A DNA stretch of 64,000 bases from Gammaproteobacteria bacterium (GCA_965116495.1 OZ220696.1:3264001-3328000); one strand, 5' to 3'. Positions 7,783 through 18,095 are shown, counted from the first letter of the stretch. Numbers and translations: made by a program. The notes: a model not told the origin generated them from the sequence alone.

Positions 7783-10521
7783 ATGTTTACCGGATTCGAT
7801 GGAACGATACGCCGATCCCCGTTGTTGTTCCGTTTCTGTCTTTGCCTTGGTCTGGCTGTCAGCGTTTCCGTATCGGCCGATGACGGGGAAAGACATACGC
7901 ACGGCGGGATTGAGGAAATCGTCACCATCGGCACGCGCACCTCGGCACGGGTCATGGCTGATGCAGCGGTGCCGGTCGACGTATTCGCACTGCCGGACCT
8001 TGAAAGCGTCAATTCATCGGATATGGTGGATGTGATCAACACCATTGTCCCGTCGTTCAACGTAACCCGGCAGCCTATCTCCGACGGAGCAACCTTCATA
8101 CGGCCGGTCAGTATGCGCGGCCTGGATTCGCACCATACTCTTGTGCTCGTCAACGGCAAACGCCGCCAGCGCGCGGCGTTGATGCAACTGGGCGGTTTTG
8201 GCGCGCACGGTCCCGATATCGGCAGTATTCCCTCCATTGCATTGCTGTCGGTGGAAACACTAAGGGACAGCGCCGCGGCCCAGTACGGTTCCGACGCCAT
8301 CGCCGGCGTCATCAATTTCAACCTCAGGGACAATCGCTCCGGTTTCGACCTGCGCAGCAAATACGGCGGCTACACGGAGGGCGATGGCGAGGAGATTACC
8401 ATCGAGGCCAACGCTGGACTTCCGCTTGGCAGCGAGGGGTTTATCAGCATAAGCGGACAATATTCGGATACCGATCCGACCAGCCGTTCCCAGCCGTACG
8501 ATATTACCATCGGCGCATCGGGCCTGACGCCGCTGCAAGCCACCCGCAGCCGGTTGACAGTGGACGGTGTGACCTATTACGGGCCCGATGCCTTTACTTA
8601 CAGCTATGGCGACGACGGTACCTTAGAACAGGTGCTGCCGGGCAGCGATGGCATACCGGACGATCTTGACACACGCTTCGCCGACAACTTCACCGGGGTG
8701 GGCGGCGCGCGTGAATTCGACAGCCCGGCGCAGGTATGGGGGCAGCCTGAGCGTGAACAGGTGCTGTTTTTTGCCAACGCCGCGCTACCGGTCACCGAGT
8801 CGTTCGAACTGTATGGTTTCGGCAATTACTCCGAAAAGGACCAGACCGGGGGATTCTTTTACCGGCGTCCCGGCGTCAGCCAGTTATTGCCGTTGCGGGT
8901 GGCGGACGGTTCCATCTACGATCCCCGGACCAGCCTGTACCCTTCCGGGTTTACGCCGCAGTTTTCCGGGAAGGCTGTCGATTACAGCGTCATCGGCGGC
9001 CTGCGCGGCGAATTTGCCGGCGGCCTGGCACTGGACCTGTCGGCGAACTATGGTTTCAACGAGATCCGTTACCGGATTGGGAATACGCTGAATCCGTCGC
9101 TGGGCCCGGAGACGCCGACCCGATTCCGGCCGGGTACCCTGGGCAATGAAGAGCTGGCAGTGAACGCCGATTTCGTCTGGCCCGTAGAGCTGGGTTTCAG
9201 TGGGCCGCTGAACGCCGCCTTCGGTTTCGAGTACCGCCGCGAGCGCTACCGGATCGGTGCAGGCGACCCGTTGTCGTATGCAGTAGGACCGTTTGCCGCG
9301 CCCGATCCGTTTAATTTCGAGATTACCCGGGTTGAGGCCGACGCCGACCCGGATGACGGACTGACCGGTGTCGAGTGCCGCATACCCGGTCTGGAAGCGA
9401 CCGGCTCGCTATGCCCTGCCGGCGATCCCGTCAATAACGCGGTGCCGGTGGGCTCCAACGGTTTCCCCGGTTATTCACCGGGGTTTTCCGGATCGCTGGG
9501 CCGGAACAACTATGCCGGCTACGTCGATTTCGAAATGGACGTGACCCCTGAGTGGTTACTCAACGCCCAGGCGCGCTTCGACCATTTCAGCGACTTCGGC
9601 GATGTCGCGACCTGGAAGCTGGCGACCCGTTACCGTCTCGGCGACCGTATCAACCTGCGCGGTTCCGTCGGTACGGGCTTCCGGGCGCCGACGCCGGGCC
9701 AGACGTCGACTACCAATGTCTCGACGCGGGTTGACCCGAACGGCCTGCCCATGGCCGAGGGTGTATATCCGGCCACGCACCCGGTTTCCGCCTTGTTCGG
9801 TGCGCGTCCGCTGGACGCCGAAGACTCGACTTCCTATAACCTGGGGGTGGTTGCAGAGCCGCTGGACAACCTTTCCCTGACCCTGGATTACTATCATATC
9901 CGGCTGGACGACCGCATCGTACTGTCATCACAGTTCGCAGTGACACCTGACCTGGTTGCACAACTCAGGACGCTGGGCGTGCCGGGCGCCGAGACCATTG
10001 CCCAGGTCCGCTTTTTTACCAACGACGTGGATTCCAGGACCCGCGGCGTTGACCTGTCGGTCGCATTTGATTTTAGCGCCTTCGGTGGCGCCAATTCGCT
10101 GCACCTGCTCGGTAACCATAACAAGACCCGGCTGCTTGAACGCGGGCGTTTCGTCAACGCAGAGGCGCAATTTGACGTCGAGAACGGCGCCCCTGATGTG
10201 CGCGCTGTCGCAACCCTGCATCACGACCGGGAACATCTTAACCTGCTGTTGCGGGGACGCTATTACGGCGGCTACGAAAACACCAGCACCGCCGACCTGT
10301 CCAGGATCCAGGAATTCGGTTCACGCTTCATGCTCGACGCAGAAGCGACCTGGCATTTCGGAGACCGGTATTCGCTGACAGCCGGAGGGCGGAACCTGTT
10401 CGACGTCCACCCCGGGCGGGGCGAGTTCGAAACCTGTTGCGGCCGCATCTATCGCAGCGATTCTGTCGTGCCCTGGCAGGGAACCTTCCTGTATTTACAG
10501 CTCCAGGTATCGGTGCCGTGA
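7783..10521 (+). CDS. TonB-dependent outer-membrane receptor
   Basis: Signal peptide, TonB box IEEIVTIGTR, plug motifs MRGL..HTLVLVNGKR and AAQYGSDAIAGVINF, GTGFRAP. Confidence 0.95.
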   Translation: MFTGFDGTIRRSPLLFRFCLCLGLAVSVSVSADDGERHTHGGIEEIVTIGTRTSARVMADAAVPVDVFALPDLESVNSSDMVDVINTIVPSFNVTRQPISDGATFIRPVSMRGLDSHHTLVLVNGKRRQRAALMQLGGFGAHGPDIGSIPSIALLSVETLRDSAAAQYGSDAIAGVINFNLRDNRSGFDLRSKYGGYTEGDGEEITIEANAGLPLGSEGFISISGQYSDTDPTSRSQPYDITIGASGLTPLQATRSRLTVDGVTYYGPDAFTYSYGDDGTLEQVLPGSDGIPDDLDTRFADNFTGVGGAREFDSPAQVWGQPEREQVLFFANAALPVTESFELYGFGNYSEKDQTGGFFYRRPGVSQLLPLRVADGSIYDPRTSLYPSGFTPQFSGKAVDYSVIGGLRGEFAGGLALDLSANYGFNEIRYRIGNTLNPSLGPETPTRFRPGTLGNEELAVNADFVWPVELGFSGPLNAAFGFEYRRERYRIGAGDPLSYAVGPFAAPDPFNFEITRVEADADPDDGLTGVECRIPGLEATGSLCPAGDPVNNAVPVGSNGFPGYSPGFSGSLGRNNYAGYVDFEMDVTPEWLLNAQARFDHFSDFGDVATWKLATRYRLGDRINLRGSVGTGFRAPTPGQTSTTNVSTRVDPNGLPMAEGVYPATHPVSALFGARPLDAEDSTSYNLGVVAEPLDNLSLTLDYYHIRLDDRIVLSSQFAVTPDLVAQLRTLGVPGAETIAQVRFFTNDVDSRTRGVDLSVAFDFSAFGGANSLHLLGNHNKTRLLERGRFVNAEAQFDVENGAPDVRAVATLHHDREHLNLLLRGRYYGGYENTSTADLSRIQEFGSRFMLDAEATWHFGDRYSLTAGGRNLFDVHPGRGEFETCCGRIYRSDSVVPWQGTFLYLQLQVSVP

Positions 10522-10648
10522 GCGGACCTGTCCGTTAGTGATCAGGAGCATTGCACCAGGGTTGAGGAAGGCAGGTGGCGAACATTTTTCTCTGCGATGC
10601 AACTAACCCGCATATCTCACCAATCCGCTTGGAGGTAGACTGAAACTT

Positions 10649-10837
10649 ATGTACCATCAAATAGTTACCGGGTCAATTCTGGCCATGGCATCATCACACA
10701 CTGCGCTTGATGCGCCCTCGCTTGTCTTTTGGCTGCCAGCGGGCACGTGCTCCCTCAACCATAGCTACGGCTATGCTTTCGGTCGCAGGCGCCCGCTGGC
10801 AGCCAAAATCCTGCGCGATCATCGCATCAATTGGTGA
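10649..10837 (+). pseudogene. Short ORF, possible decayed SnoaL/NTF2-like gene
   Basis: GGAGG RBS upstream. The start MYHQIV and internal AFG..R.LAA loosely resemble 'MYHAIV' SnoaL-like proteins from memory. Only 62 aa. Confidence 0.25.
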
Positions 10838-10862
10838 GATATACGGGCTAAAACCATCTGCG

Positions 10863-13217
10863 TTAATCTGCATCATCTGCGGATAGCATGGCTTTCAACA
10901 CCCGTTCCGGCGTGGCAGGGATCTGGTTTACCCTCGCGCCCACTGCATTCTTGATTGCGTTGGCGATTGCCGGCGCCGGTCCGACCGCGCAGATCTCCCC
11001 GACTCCCTTGGCGCCGAACGGCGCGGATTCTTCCGCTTCCTCAATCAGCAGCGAATGAATCTTGTACGGTGCGTCCGCCATGCCGGGTATCTTGTAATCC
11101 ATCATGGTCGGGTTGATCATGCGGCCGTTGTCCCATAGCATCTCTTCGGTCAGGGCGTAACCCAGCATCTGTACAATCCCGCCCTCTATCTGGCCTTCCA
11201 CCGAAGCAGTATTGATGGCCTTGCCTACATCATGGGCGGCCCAGTATTCAAGCACTTCCACCTGTCCCGTCACCTCATCCACTTCCACCTCGGCAACCTG
11301 GGCGCCGAAGGTAAAGATGCCGATAGCGTCGGGCATCAGGGCAAACCCCCTGAGCAGCATCCGTTTCGGATCCATGCGGTCCTGCGGCGAGTACAGCCAG
11401 TTATGGGTACCCATGATCGGCCCGCCCTGCTGCCACAGCGCCCTCCCGGCAATTGCTATAAACGGCAGCGCGGCATCCGGCACGCCCTTCACCCCGACTA
11501 TTCCACCTTGCCTGAGCTCCAGGTCCGCCGTATCGCACTCAAGTATCTCTCCGGCATGACGGTAAATCTGCTCACGAACGTCATCGCTGGCTTTTTTCAC
11601 TGCGTTGCCGATGACGTAGGTATTGCGGCTCGCCGCAGTCTGGAACTGGTAGGGGGACGAATCCGTGTCCGGTGCAGCAAAATTGACCTGCTCCATGTTC
11701 AGGGCCAGGGCGCCGGCCACGACCTGGGTGAATATGGTGTCCGAACCCTGGCCGACATCGACGGCGCCGCAGTTCAAGGTGACACTGCCGTCCTCGTTCA
11801 GCAACACGTTCGCCCCGGCCCCGGCCAGGCCGCAGATATGGGTCAAGCCGGCCATGCCTATGCCGCGTTTCTTACCGGGTTTGGCCGGTTTCCCGGCTGG
11901 CCGTTTCTCAACCCAGCCCGAGGCGTCCCGTACTTTTTCCAGACAGGCGCGCATAGTGGCCTTCTCGATGGACTTGCCGCAGAAGAACTTGTCATCCTGT
12001 TCCAGTGCGTTGTTGAGGCGCAGTTCCAAAGGGTCCATGCCCAGCTTGTCCGCCAGATCATCAAGCTGTGATTCACTGGCAAAAGTGGCCTGCGGGTTAC
12101 CGAAACCACGGAAGGCGCTGGCGCGGGAAAGGTTGGTATACACCGACCAGGCTTCCACCCGCATGGTTGGGATGCGGTAAGGACCCTGGCTGAAAAATGC
12201 CGCCACCGGTGAGACTTCCGGGCTTTCATCGGCATAGGCGCCGCCGTCAAGAATGATCCGGCAGTCGCGCGCAACCAGGGTGCCGTCTCTTGTGGCGCCG
12301 GTCTTCATGTATATCCTGCCGCCGTGACGGCGCTTCATCATGGTCATGTCCTCTTCACGGGAAAAGGTGAGCTTGACCGGCCGGCCCGTTGCCTGCGCCA
12401 GCAGCGCGGTTATGGGCTGGTTGGTAAATTCACACTTGCCGCCGAAACCGCCGCCGATACGCGGGGCAATTACACGCACCTTCGACATGGGCAAGCCCAG
12501 CGAAAGAGCGATGTACATCTGTACACGGGCAACGCCTTGCGTTGACGTCCAGACTGTGACCTTGCCGTTGCCATCCACTTCCGCCACGGTAGAACTGGGT
12601 TCCATGTACATGTGATACTGGGCCGGTACCTGGTATTCGTCTTCCACGATGACGTCGCATTGGTCCCAGGCCGAACTGGGGTCGCCTTCCATAAACTCGG
12701 TGAAACAGATTGCGTTCGGCTCCCGGGGCAGTTCATACATGGTGGGGTATTCGTCGCGTTGTTCATGGATGACCGTCGCGCCCGGTTTCAACGCCTCTTC
12801 AATATCCGTCACGGGTTCGAGTTCTTCATATTCAATCTCGATAAGCCGCAGTGCCCGCCGCGCCGTCTGCACATCGATTGCCGCCACGGCCGCAACCGGT
12901 TCACCGCTGTAGCGGACCTTATCCCGCGCCAGGGGAAGCTGGTCCTTGATGAACATGCCGATGTAGTTGTGCGGCAGGTCCGTTCCCACCAGTACCGCCT
13001 TGACGCCGGGCAGCGCCCTGGCTGCGGAAGTGTCGACAGACAGGATCCTGGCGTGGGCGTAATGGCTGCCGAGCAAGGCCGCGTGCAACATGCCGGGGCG
13101 GGTAATATCGTCGGTGTAAATGGCCCTCCCGGAAGCCTTTTCCGGTCCTTCGATACGCGGGACGGAGGCCCCGATTATCGGGTTAACCTGCATATTGTCC
13201 ACCATGTTTGCACTCAT
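10863..13217 (-). CDS. Xanthine-oxidase-family molybdopterin large subunit (HcrA/NdhL/XdhA-like)
   Basis: GGGFGGK, AFRGFGNPQ, TAASRNT, GAKGVGE. Confidence 0.93.
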   Translation of the reverse strand: MSANMVDNMQVNPIIGASVPRIEGPEKASGRAIYTDDITRPGMLHAALLGSHYAHARILSVDTSAARALPGVKAVLVGTDLPHNYIGMFIKDQLPLARDKVRYSGEPVAAVAAIDVQTARRALRLIEIEYEELEPVTDIEEALKPGATVIHEQRDEYPTMYELPREPNAICFTEFMEGDPSSAWDQCDVIVEDEYQVPAQYHMYMEPSSTVAEVDGNGKVTVWTSTQGVARVQMYIALSLGLPMSKVRVIAPRIGGGFGGKCEFTNQPITALLAQATGRPVKLTFSREEDMTMMKRRHGGRIYMKTGATRDGTLVARDCRIILDGGAYADESPEVSPVAAFFSQGPYRIPTMRVEAWSVYTNLSRASAFRGFGNPQATFASESQLDDLADKLGMDPLELRLNNALEQDDKFFCGKSIEKATMRACLEKVRDASGWVEKRPAGKPAKPGKKRGIGMAGLTHICGLAGAGANVLLNEDGSVTLNCGAVDVGQGSDTIFTQVVAGALALNMEQVNFAAPDTDSSPYQFQTAASRNTYVIGNAVKKASDDVREQIYRHAGEILECDTADLELRQGGIVGVKGVPDAALPFIAIAGRALWQQGGPIMGTHNWLYSPQDRMDPKRMLLRGFALMPDAIGIFTFGAQVAEVEVDEVTGQVEVLEYWAAHDVGKAINTASVEGQIEGGIVQMLGYALTEEMLWDNGRMINPTMMDYKIPGMADAPYKIHSLLIEEAEESAPFGAKGVGEICAVGPAPAIANAIKNAVGARVNQIPATPERVLKAMLSADDAD

Positions 13218-13233
13218 GCCTGTTCTCCTTCTG

Positions 13234-13698
13234 TTACTTGGTCAGGGATAATACCGCATCGGCTATTTTCACATAACCGGTACAACGGCACAGGTTGCCG
13301 CTCAGTTCGTCGCGGATTTCATCCAGTGTCGGGTCCGGGTTTCTGTCGAGCAACGCTTTTGCGGCAATCACCATACCAGGTGTACAAAATCCGCATTGCA
13401 TACCCTGGTATTCTATAAAAGCCTGTTGTACGGGATGCAGATCGCCGTCTGTTTCCAGTCCTTCGATGGTGGTGATCTCCCGGTCCGTCGCCGCTACCGC
13501 CAGCGTCAGGCAGGCGCGCATGGGCAGGTCGTCAATCAATACCGTACAACTGCCGCATACACCGTTGTTGCAGCCGCATTTTGTCCCGGTCAGGGAGAGT
13601 TGTTCGCGCAGCACCTGCAGCAGGGTCTGGCGCGGGTCTGCGAGCACATCATAGCAGTCGCCATTTATGGATAATGTCACGGCTTGCTTATCAGTCAT
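13234..13698 (-). CDS. 2x[2Fe-2S] small subunit
   Basis: GCNNGVCGSC, QCGFCTPG, NLCRCTGY. Confidence 0.95.
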   Translation of the reverse strand: MTDKQAVTLSINGDCYDVLADPRQTLLQVLREQLSLTGTKCGCNNGVCGSCTVLIDDLPMRACLTLAVAATDREITTIEGLETDGDLHPVQQAFIEYQGMQCGFCTPGMVIAAKALLDRNPDPTLDEIRDELSGNLCRCTGYVKIADAVLSLTK

Positions 13699-13707
13699 AA
13701 TTTCCTC

Positions 13708-16092
13708 TCAGGTACGCAATACTTGTCGGATCCGGTTCGCTGTGAACGGCATGTGGCGCAGGCGCTTGCCGGTCAGTACGGCAAAGGCATTGGCCACGGT
13801 TGCCGGCGCCAGGATTGAGCCGGTTTCACCCACGCCGGTCGGCGCCCTGTCGCTGTGCACCAGTTCTACATGGATAACCGGCGCGTCCGCCATCCGCATA
13901 ACGGAGTAATCATGGAAATTACGTTGTTGTATCAAACCGTTTCTGATGGTGACGCGTTCCGACAGGGCATAACCCAGGCCGTGGATCATAGCGCCCTCCA
14001 GTTGCGCCCTGACGTTGTCGGGCTGGATGGCCAGACCGACGTCGGCTGCAATCCAGACATTGTGGACGATGATTTTTTCACTCGTGTGATCATAGGAAAT
14101 CTCGGCTATCGCCGCGGCGACGGTATCCACGTAGTGGGTGTAGGCAATGCCCATCGCACGACCCGGCCGCGCACGTGTCCAATCGGCCATCCCGGCAACG
14201 GTCTCGATGATGCGCCTGCCGCGTGCCGACTTATGCAGGAGTTGCAGGCGAAGGTCAACGGGATCGATGCTTCGCTGCGCGGCTATTTCGTCCAGAAAGG
14301 ATTCGATGGCCAGGTTGTTGGGTGTCGCGCCCACGCCGCGCACGGGATAGAGGCGTACGCCCGTGTCCATGGGAATGTGCTCGACCAGGCGTTGGGGCAG
14401 GTCGTAGGCGTCGCCGATGGAACGATCCATGCTGTGATGTGAAGAACCCAGCATGGACGTGATGGGGACTTTGCCGAATGCCTCGTAACTGGGCCGGTCC
14501 AGCAGTTTGATGGCCTCATCACTGGCCACCCGATGCTGCCACGCGCAGATTTTACCCTGGTCGTCGACCGCGGCGCGCAGGAAATGGGCCGTCATGGGCT
14601 TGAGGTGCCCGTTGCGGAGGTCATCCTCCCGGGTCCAGACCACTTTCACCGGTTTCAGCAACAGCCTGGACAACCAGGCGGCATCCACCACAAAATCCAT
14701 ATTGGGAACGGTGCGCCGGCCCAATCCGCCGCCCAGCAGGGAGCGGTTGAGTTTAACGTCATGCACGGGGATTTCCAGGATCCCGGCAACTGCGTCAACC
14801 GTGTTTGCCGGTGCCTGGGTCCCGGCCCACACCTCGGCTTTTTTCCCGGCACCGGTGACCGACACCACCGCGTTCAGCGGTTCCATCTGGGCGTGATAGA
14901 CGTAATCGGTCAGGTATTCTGCCGAGCAGACCTGTGTGCTGTTATCCGCCAGGGAGGAAACATCGCCTTGTACGTCCCACGGGAAACCGTCCCGGGACAG
15001 GTCCTGCGCCGCTGATCGGTGTTGCTGCAGGGCTGCGTCACTGTCGAAGCGGCGCATTGCCTCCACTTCATGCCAGGTGATTTCAAGCCTGTCACGGGCT
15101 TTCAGGGCAACCGGGTAGCTGGTGGCGACTATCGCAACAGATTCCGGGCGCTTAATCACGTCGATAACACCGCTGATGCTGCGTGCGTCACGTTCATCGA
15201 CGGCGCGTAATGTGGCGCCTTCAACCGGCGCCCTGGATACCGCGGCATAGACCATACCCGCAGGCCGGGCATCCATACTGTATTGAGCTGCGCCTGTGAC
15301 CTTTCCGGGAAGGTCACGGCGCGGAATGGCAGTGCCCACCAGCCGGTAATTCTCCCTGGCTTTGTACTGGACCGAACCAGTCTCCGTGACTGCGTCTGGT
15401 GAAGTGGTCCCGGCGATCCCGCCGTAACTGATACTGCGTCCGGATTTGTCGTGTATGACCAGGCTGGGCGCGGTCCTCAATTCCGCTACGGGTACGCCCC
15501 ATTTCCCCGCGGCGTTTTCCAGCAACACCTGTCGCGCTTCACGGCCGAACCTGCGCAGGCGCTCATAGTAATTGGCGACTGTTCTGCTGGAGGTGGTAAA
15601 AATTCTGTTGAAGAACAGGGGATCGCCATAGACTTCGCCGATGGGCGGGGAGGATTCAATGCGCACGTCATCCCATTCAGCGTCCAGTTCCTCCGCGACG
15701 ATAACGGGCAGGGCAGTCATGACGCCCTGGCCCATTTCCGCAGCGGGATTGATAATGGTCACCGTCCCGTCGGGAGAAATGCGTACGTAGGCGTTGAACT
15801 CGGTCATCGCCGACCCCGGAGTAGGGTTCGACTTGGCAGCATATGTGTCGCCGTTACCGAAAAAACCGGCAAAGGCGAAGCAGAAGGTCAGCCCCCCGGT
15901 CTGTTTCAAAAATTCCCGCCGGCTCACATCGTCATTCGGGCTCACATCGTCATCCAGGGTTAAGTCGTCATTCTGGCGGAAGCCAGAATCCAGCGAAACC
16001 ACGCGGCGGCATGTCATTCCACTGGATTCTGGCTTTCGCCAGAATGACGTGTTACGGCAGTACGACGGCTTCGAATCCAGTGTTTCGCTCAT
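13708..16092 (-). CDS. Isoquinoline 1-oxidoreductase beta (IorB)-like molybdoprotein, Tat-exported
   Basis: SRREFLK twin-arginine motif, EMGQGVMTALP..AEELDA.W, HAQMEP, LLGGGLGRR, PTGVGE. The ATG overlaps the upstream stop (ATGA at 16092-16089). Confidence 0.9.
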   Translation of the reverse strand: MSETLDSKPSYCRNTSFWRKPESSGMTCRRVVSLDSGFRQNDDLTLDDDVSPNDDVSRREFLKQTGGLTFCFAFAGFFGNGDTYAAKSNPTPGSAMTEFNAYVRISPDGTVTIINPAAEMGQGVMTALPVIVAEELDAEWDDVRIESSPPIGEVYGDPLFFNRIFTTSSRTVANYYERLRRFGREARQVLLENAAGKWGVPVAELRTAPSLVIHDKSGRSISYGGIAGTTSPDAVTETGSVQYKARENYRLVGTAIPRRDLPGKVTGAAQYSMDARPAGMVYAAVSRAPVEGATLRAVDERDARSISGVIDVIKRPESVAIVATSYPVALKARDRLEITWHEVEAMRRFDSDAALQQHRSAAQDLSRDGFPWDVQGDVSSLADNSTQVCSAEYLTDYVYHAQMEPLNAVVSVTGAGKKAEVWAGTQAPANTVDAVAGILEIPVHDVKLNRSLLGGGLGRRTVPNMDFVVDAAWLSRLLLKPVKVVWTREDDLRNGHLKPMTAHFLRAAVDDQGKICAWQHRVASDEAIKLLDRPSYEAFGKVPITSMLGSSHHSMDRSIGDAYDLPQRLVEHIPMDTGVRLYPVRGVGATPNNLAIESFLDEIAAQRSIDPVDLRLQLLHKSARGRRIIETVAGMADWTRARPGRAMGIAYTHYVDTVAAAIAEISYDHTSEKIIVHNVWIAADVGLAIQPDNVRAQLEGAMIHGLGYALSERVTIRNGLIQQRNFHDYSVMRMADAPVIHVELVHSDRAPTGVGETGSILAPATVANAFAVLTGKRLRHMPFTANRIRQVLRT
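15966..16049. repeat. REP/RPE-like palindromic doublet, family A, inside a CDS
   Basis: Arms CGTCATTCTGGCGGAAGCCAGAATCCAG and CTGGATTCTGGCTTTCGCCAGAATGACG. 84 bp in total. Confidence 0.9.
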
Positions 16093-16931
16093 CCAATCTC
16101 CTGCAATTCGACCACGGCCCGTTGCAACAGCCCTGGGATAATCATGCGCCGATACTCTGCACTGCCGCGCACGTCATCGACAGGGTCGGCGGCCTCCATC
16201 AGTTTCCGGCCTGCCTGCCTGATTGTCTCCCCGGCCAGGTCCGAACCCGTCAGAATTTCATCTACTTCGGTCAGGTGCAAGGGTGTGGGACCCACCGAAC
16301 CGACCGCCACCCTGGCGTAACTGCATGCGCCTGCATCCAAGACCAGCACCAGGGAGATGGAAACAGTGGCGTAATCGCCGTGGGTACGGCTGAATTTAAG
16401 GTGTCTGGCCCCGGCGCCGGCAGGCTCAACGGGTAGCATCACTGCGCTGAGGATCTCGTCCTCGTCCAGGGAAGTTTCCAGGTAGTCCAGGAAAAATTCA
16501 TCAGCCGGGATCTGTCTTGTCCCCGACTGACCGGCCGCTACCAGCACGGCATTGGCTGCGACCAGGGCCCCGGGAAAGTCGGCATTTGGATCGGCGTGGC
16601 AGATTGCTCCCCCGATGGTGCCCATGTTACGGATTGCCGGATGGGCTATCTGCCTTGCGGCATCCCTGACGACGGCCGCGTTGCCCGTCAGCCTGTCATC
16701 CACGGCAATCTGCGCGTGGGTCGTCATGGCGCCGATACGTAATTCATCACCGGTTACCGTAATACCGGCAAGTTCATCGATGCGGCGCAGTCCGATAAGC
16801 GTCGAAGGCTCAACAAGGTCCGCATTCAGCATGGCCACCAGAGTGGCGCCGCCGGCGAGACAACGGGCCTCATCGTCGCCCGCAAGAAATCCAAGCGCTT
16901 CTGACAGACTGGTGGGTTCGACGTATTTCAT
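16089..16931 (-). CDS. FAD-binding medium subunit (CoxM-like)
   Basis: AGGATL, IRNMGTIGG, HADPNAD, DDVRGSAEYR. Confidence 0.93.
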   Translation of the reverse strand: MKYVEPTSLSEALGFLAGDDEARCLAGGATLVAMLNADLVEPSTLIGLRRIDELAGITVTGDELRIGAMTTHAQIAVDDRLTGNAAVVRDAARQIAHPAIRNMGTIGGAICHADPNADFPGALVAANAVLVAAGQSGTRQIPADEFFLDYLETSLDEDEILSAVMLPVEPAGAGARHLKFSRTHGDYATVSISLVLVLDAGACSYARVAVGSVGPTPLHLTEVDEILTGSDLAGETIRQAGRKLMEAADPVDDVRGSAEYRRMIIPGLLQRAVVELQEIG

Positions 16932-16999
16932 GAGCAGTTCCCAATAATGTAGAGCATTTATATTATACGCCAGTTATTCATACACTATATCTCATCAGA

Positions 17000-17133
17000 C
17001 TGGGGACGGAATTAATTCCGTCCCCAGATAATTTGAAATTCTCAAAATTTATGGGTGTCCCAAATTAACGCGCTGCACAAATTTATGGGTGTCCCAAATT
17101 AACGCCGTCATTCCGGCGGAAGCCGGAATCCAG
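17000..17133. repeat. Composite repeat cluster: family B palindrome, 27-bp direct repeat pair, family A arm
   Basis: Perfect palindrome at 17000-17027. AAATTTATGGGTGTCCCAAATTAACGC at 17045-17071 and 17079-17105. CGTCATTCCGGCGGAAGCCGGAATCCAG at 17106-17133. Confidence 0.85.
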
Positions 17134-17150
17134 TCGAAAAAACGTTACAA

Positions 17151-17984
17151 TCAGGAATCAAAAAAGTTCAGTACGACCCGCTCGAATTCTGCCTGGTGTT
17201 CCACCTGGGCCCAGTGGCCGCAGCGCTGGAAGATATGCATGCGCGCATCCTGCATCCTCTTCAGCAACTGCAAGCCGACCTCCAGGGCGCCGCCCTTGTC
17301 TTCCTGGCCCCAGATTAACAGGGTGGGGCAGGCGATTTGGTCCAGTTCGGAATATAGATCGCGGCGCGGCAGACCCAGAAGACGCATCTGTCCAGGGTCC
17401 TTGCTAGCCTCGAAGCGTTCCTGCAGGGTTTCATCACTGACCCAGGAGGAGTCGTATAACAGGCTTTCCACCAGTCTCCGCATCTTGTCCAGGGTCGGTC
17501 CTTCACCGGCATAGTAATTAAAGATGTTTCTCAATGCTTCCTGGGGCTGCGGTTGAATGACGATGCCTGCAGAAGTGGGTTGGCTGCCGATGAGCACCAC
17601 GTGTTTGATCCTTTCGCCGTTAATTCGCTCAAGTCCGAGTGCGGCCTGGCCCCCCAGGGAATTGCCGATGATATCCACGGCGCCCTCAATATCCAGCGCG
17701 CTGAGGAAAGTGTCAATCATTTCGCCCATGAAATCGAAGAAGTCTTCGCTGCATCCGTCGGGAAATTCGGATTTACCGTAGCCCGGCATGTCCATCATGA
17801 TCATACGGCGTCCGGCGCCGGTAATAACCGGGATGTTCTGCTTGAAGTTGCTCCAGGCTGTGGCCCCGGGACCACCGCCATGCAGGCACAGGATCGGCTC
17901 ACCTTCGCCCACGTCATTGTAATGAATGTTTACTCCCTTTACGGGGACAAACAGGCTGGTGGAAGATCCGGTTATAGCGGACAT
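17151..17984 (-). CDS. Alpha/beta hydrolase, meta-cleavage-product hydrolase (MhpC/BphD) type
   Basis: LHGGGPGATAWSNF, nucleophile GNSLGG, WGQED, CGHWAQVEH. Confidence 0.9.
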   Translation of the reverse strand: MSAITGSSTSLFVPVKGVNIHYNDVGEGEPILCLHGGGPGATAWSNFKQNIPVITGAGRRMIMMDMPGYGKSEFPDGCSEDFFDFMGEMIDTFLSALDIEGAVDIIGNSLGGQAALGLERINGERIKHVVLIGSQPTSAGIVIQPQPQEALRNIFNYYAGEGPTLDKMRRLVESLLYDSSWVSDETLQERFEASKDPGQMRLLGLPRRDLYSELDQIACPTLLIWGQEDKGGALEVGLQLLKRMQDARMHIFQRCGHWAQVEHQAEFERVVLNFFDS

Positions 17985-18095
17985 AGTTGTAAGTTCCTCC
18001 TCATTATTATCTGTTGGTCTGCCTGAACTTTCGTTGCTACCACGTAGGGTGCAGGGAAACCGGTTGTCTAACCCCGAAATTTCCGTGGCCGGATT

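Noticed and set aside
17045-17105. CRISPR-like direct repeat pair
   Set aside because: Only two 27-bp copies with a 7-bp spacer, and no cas genes in the window.
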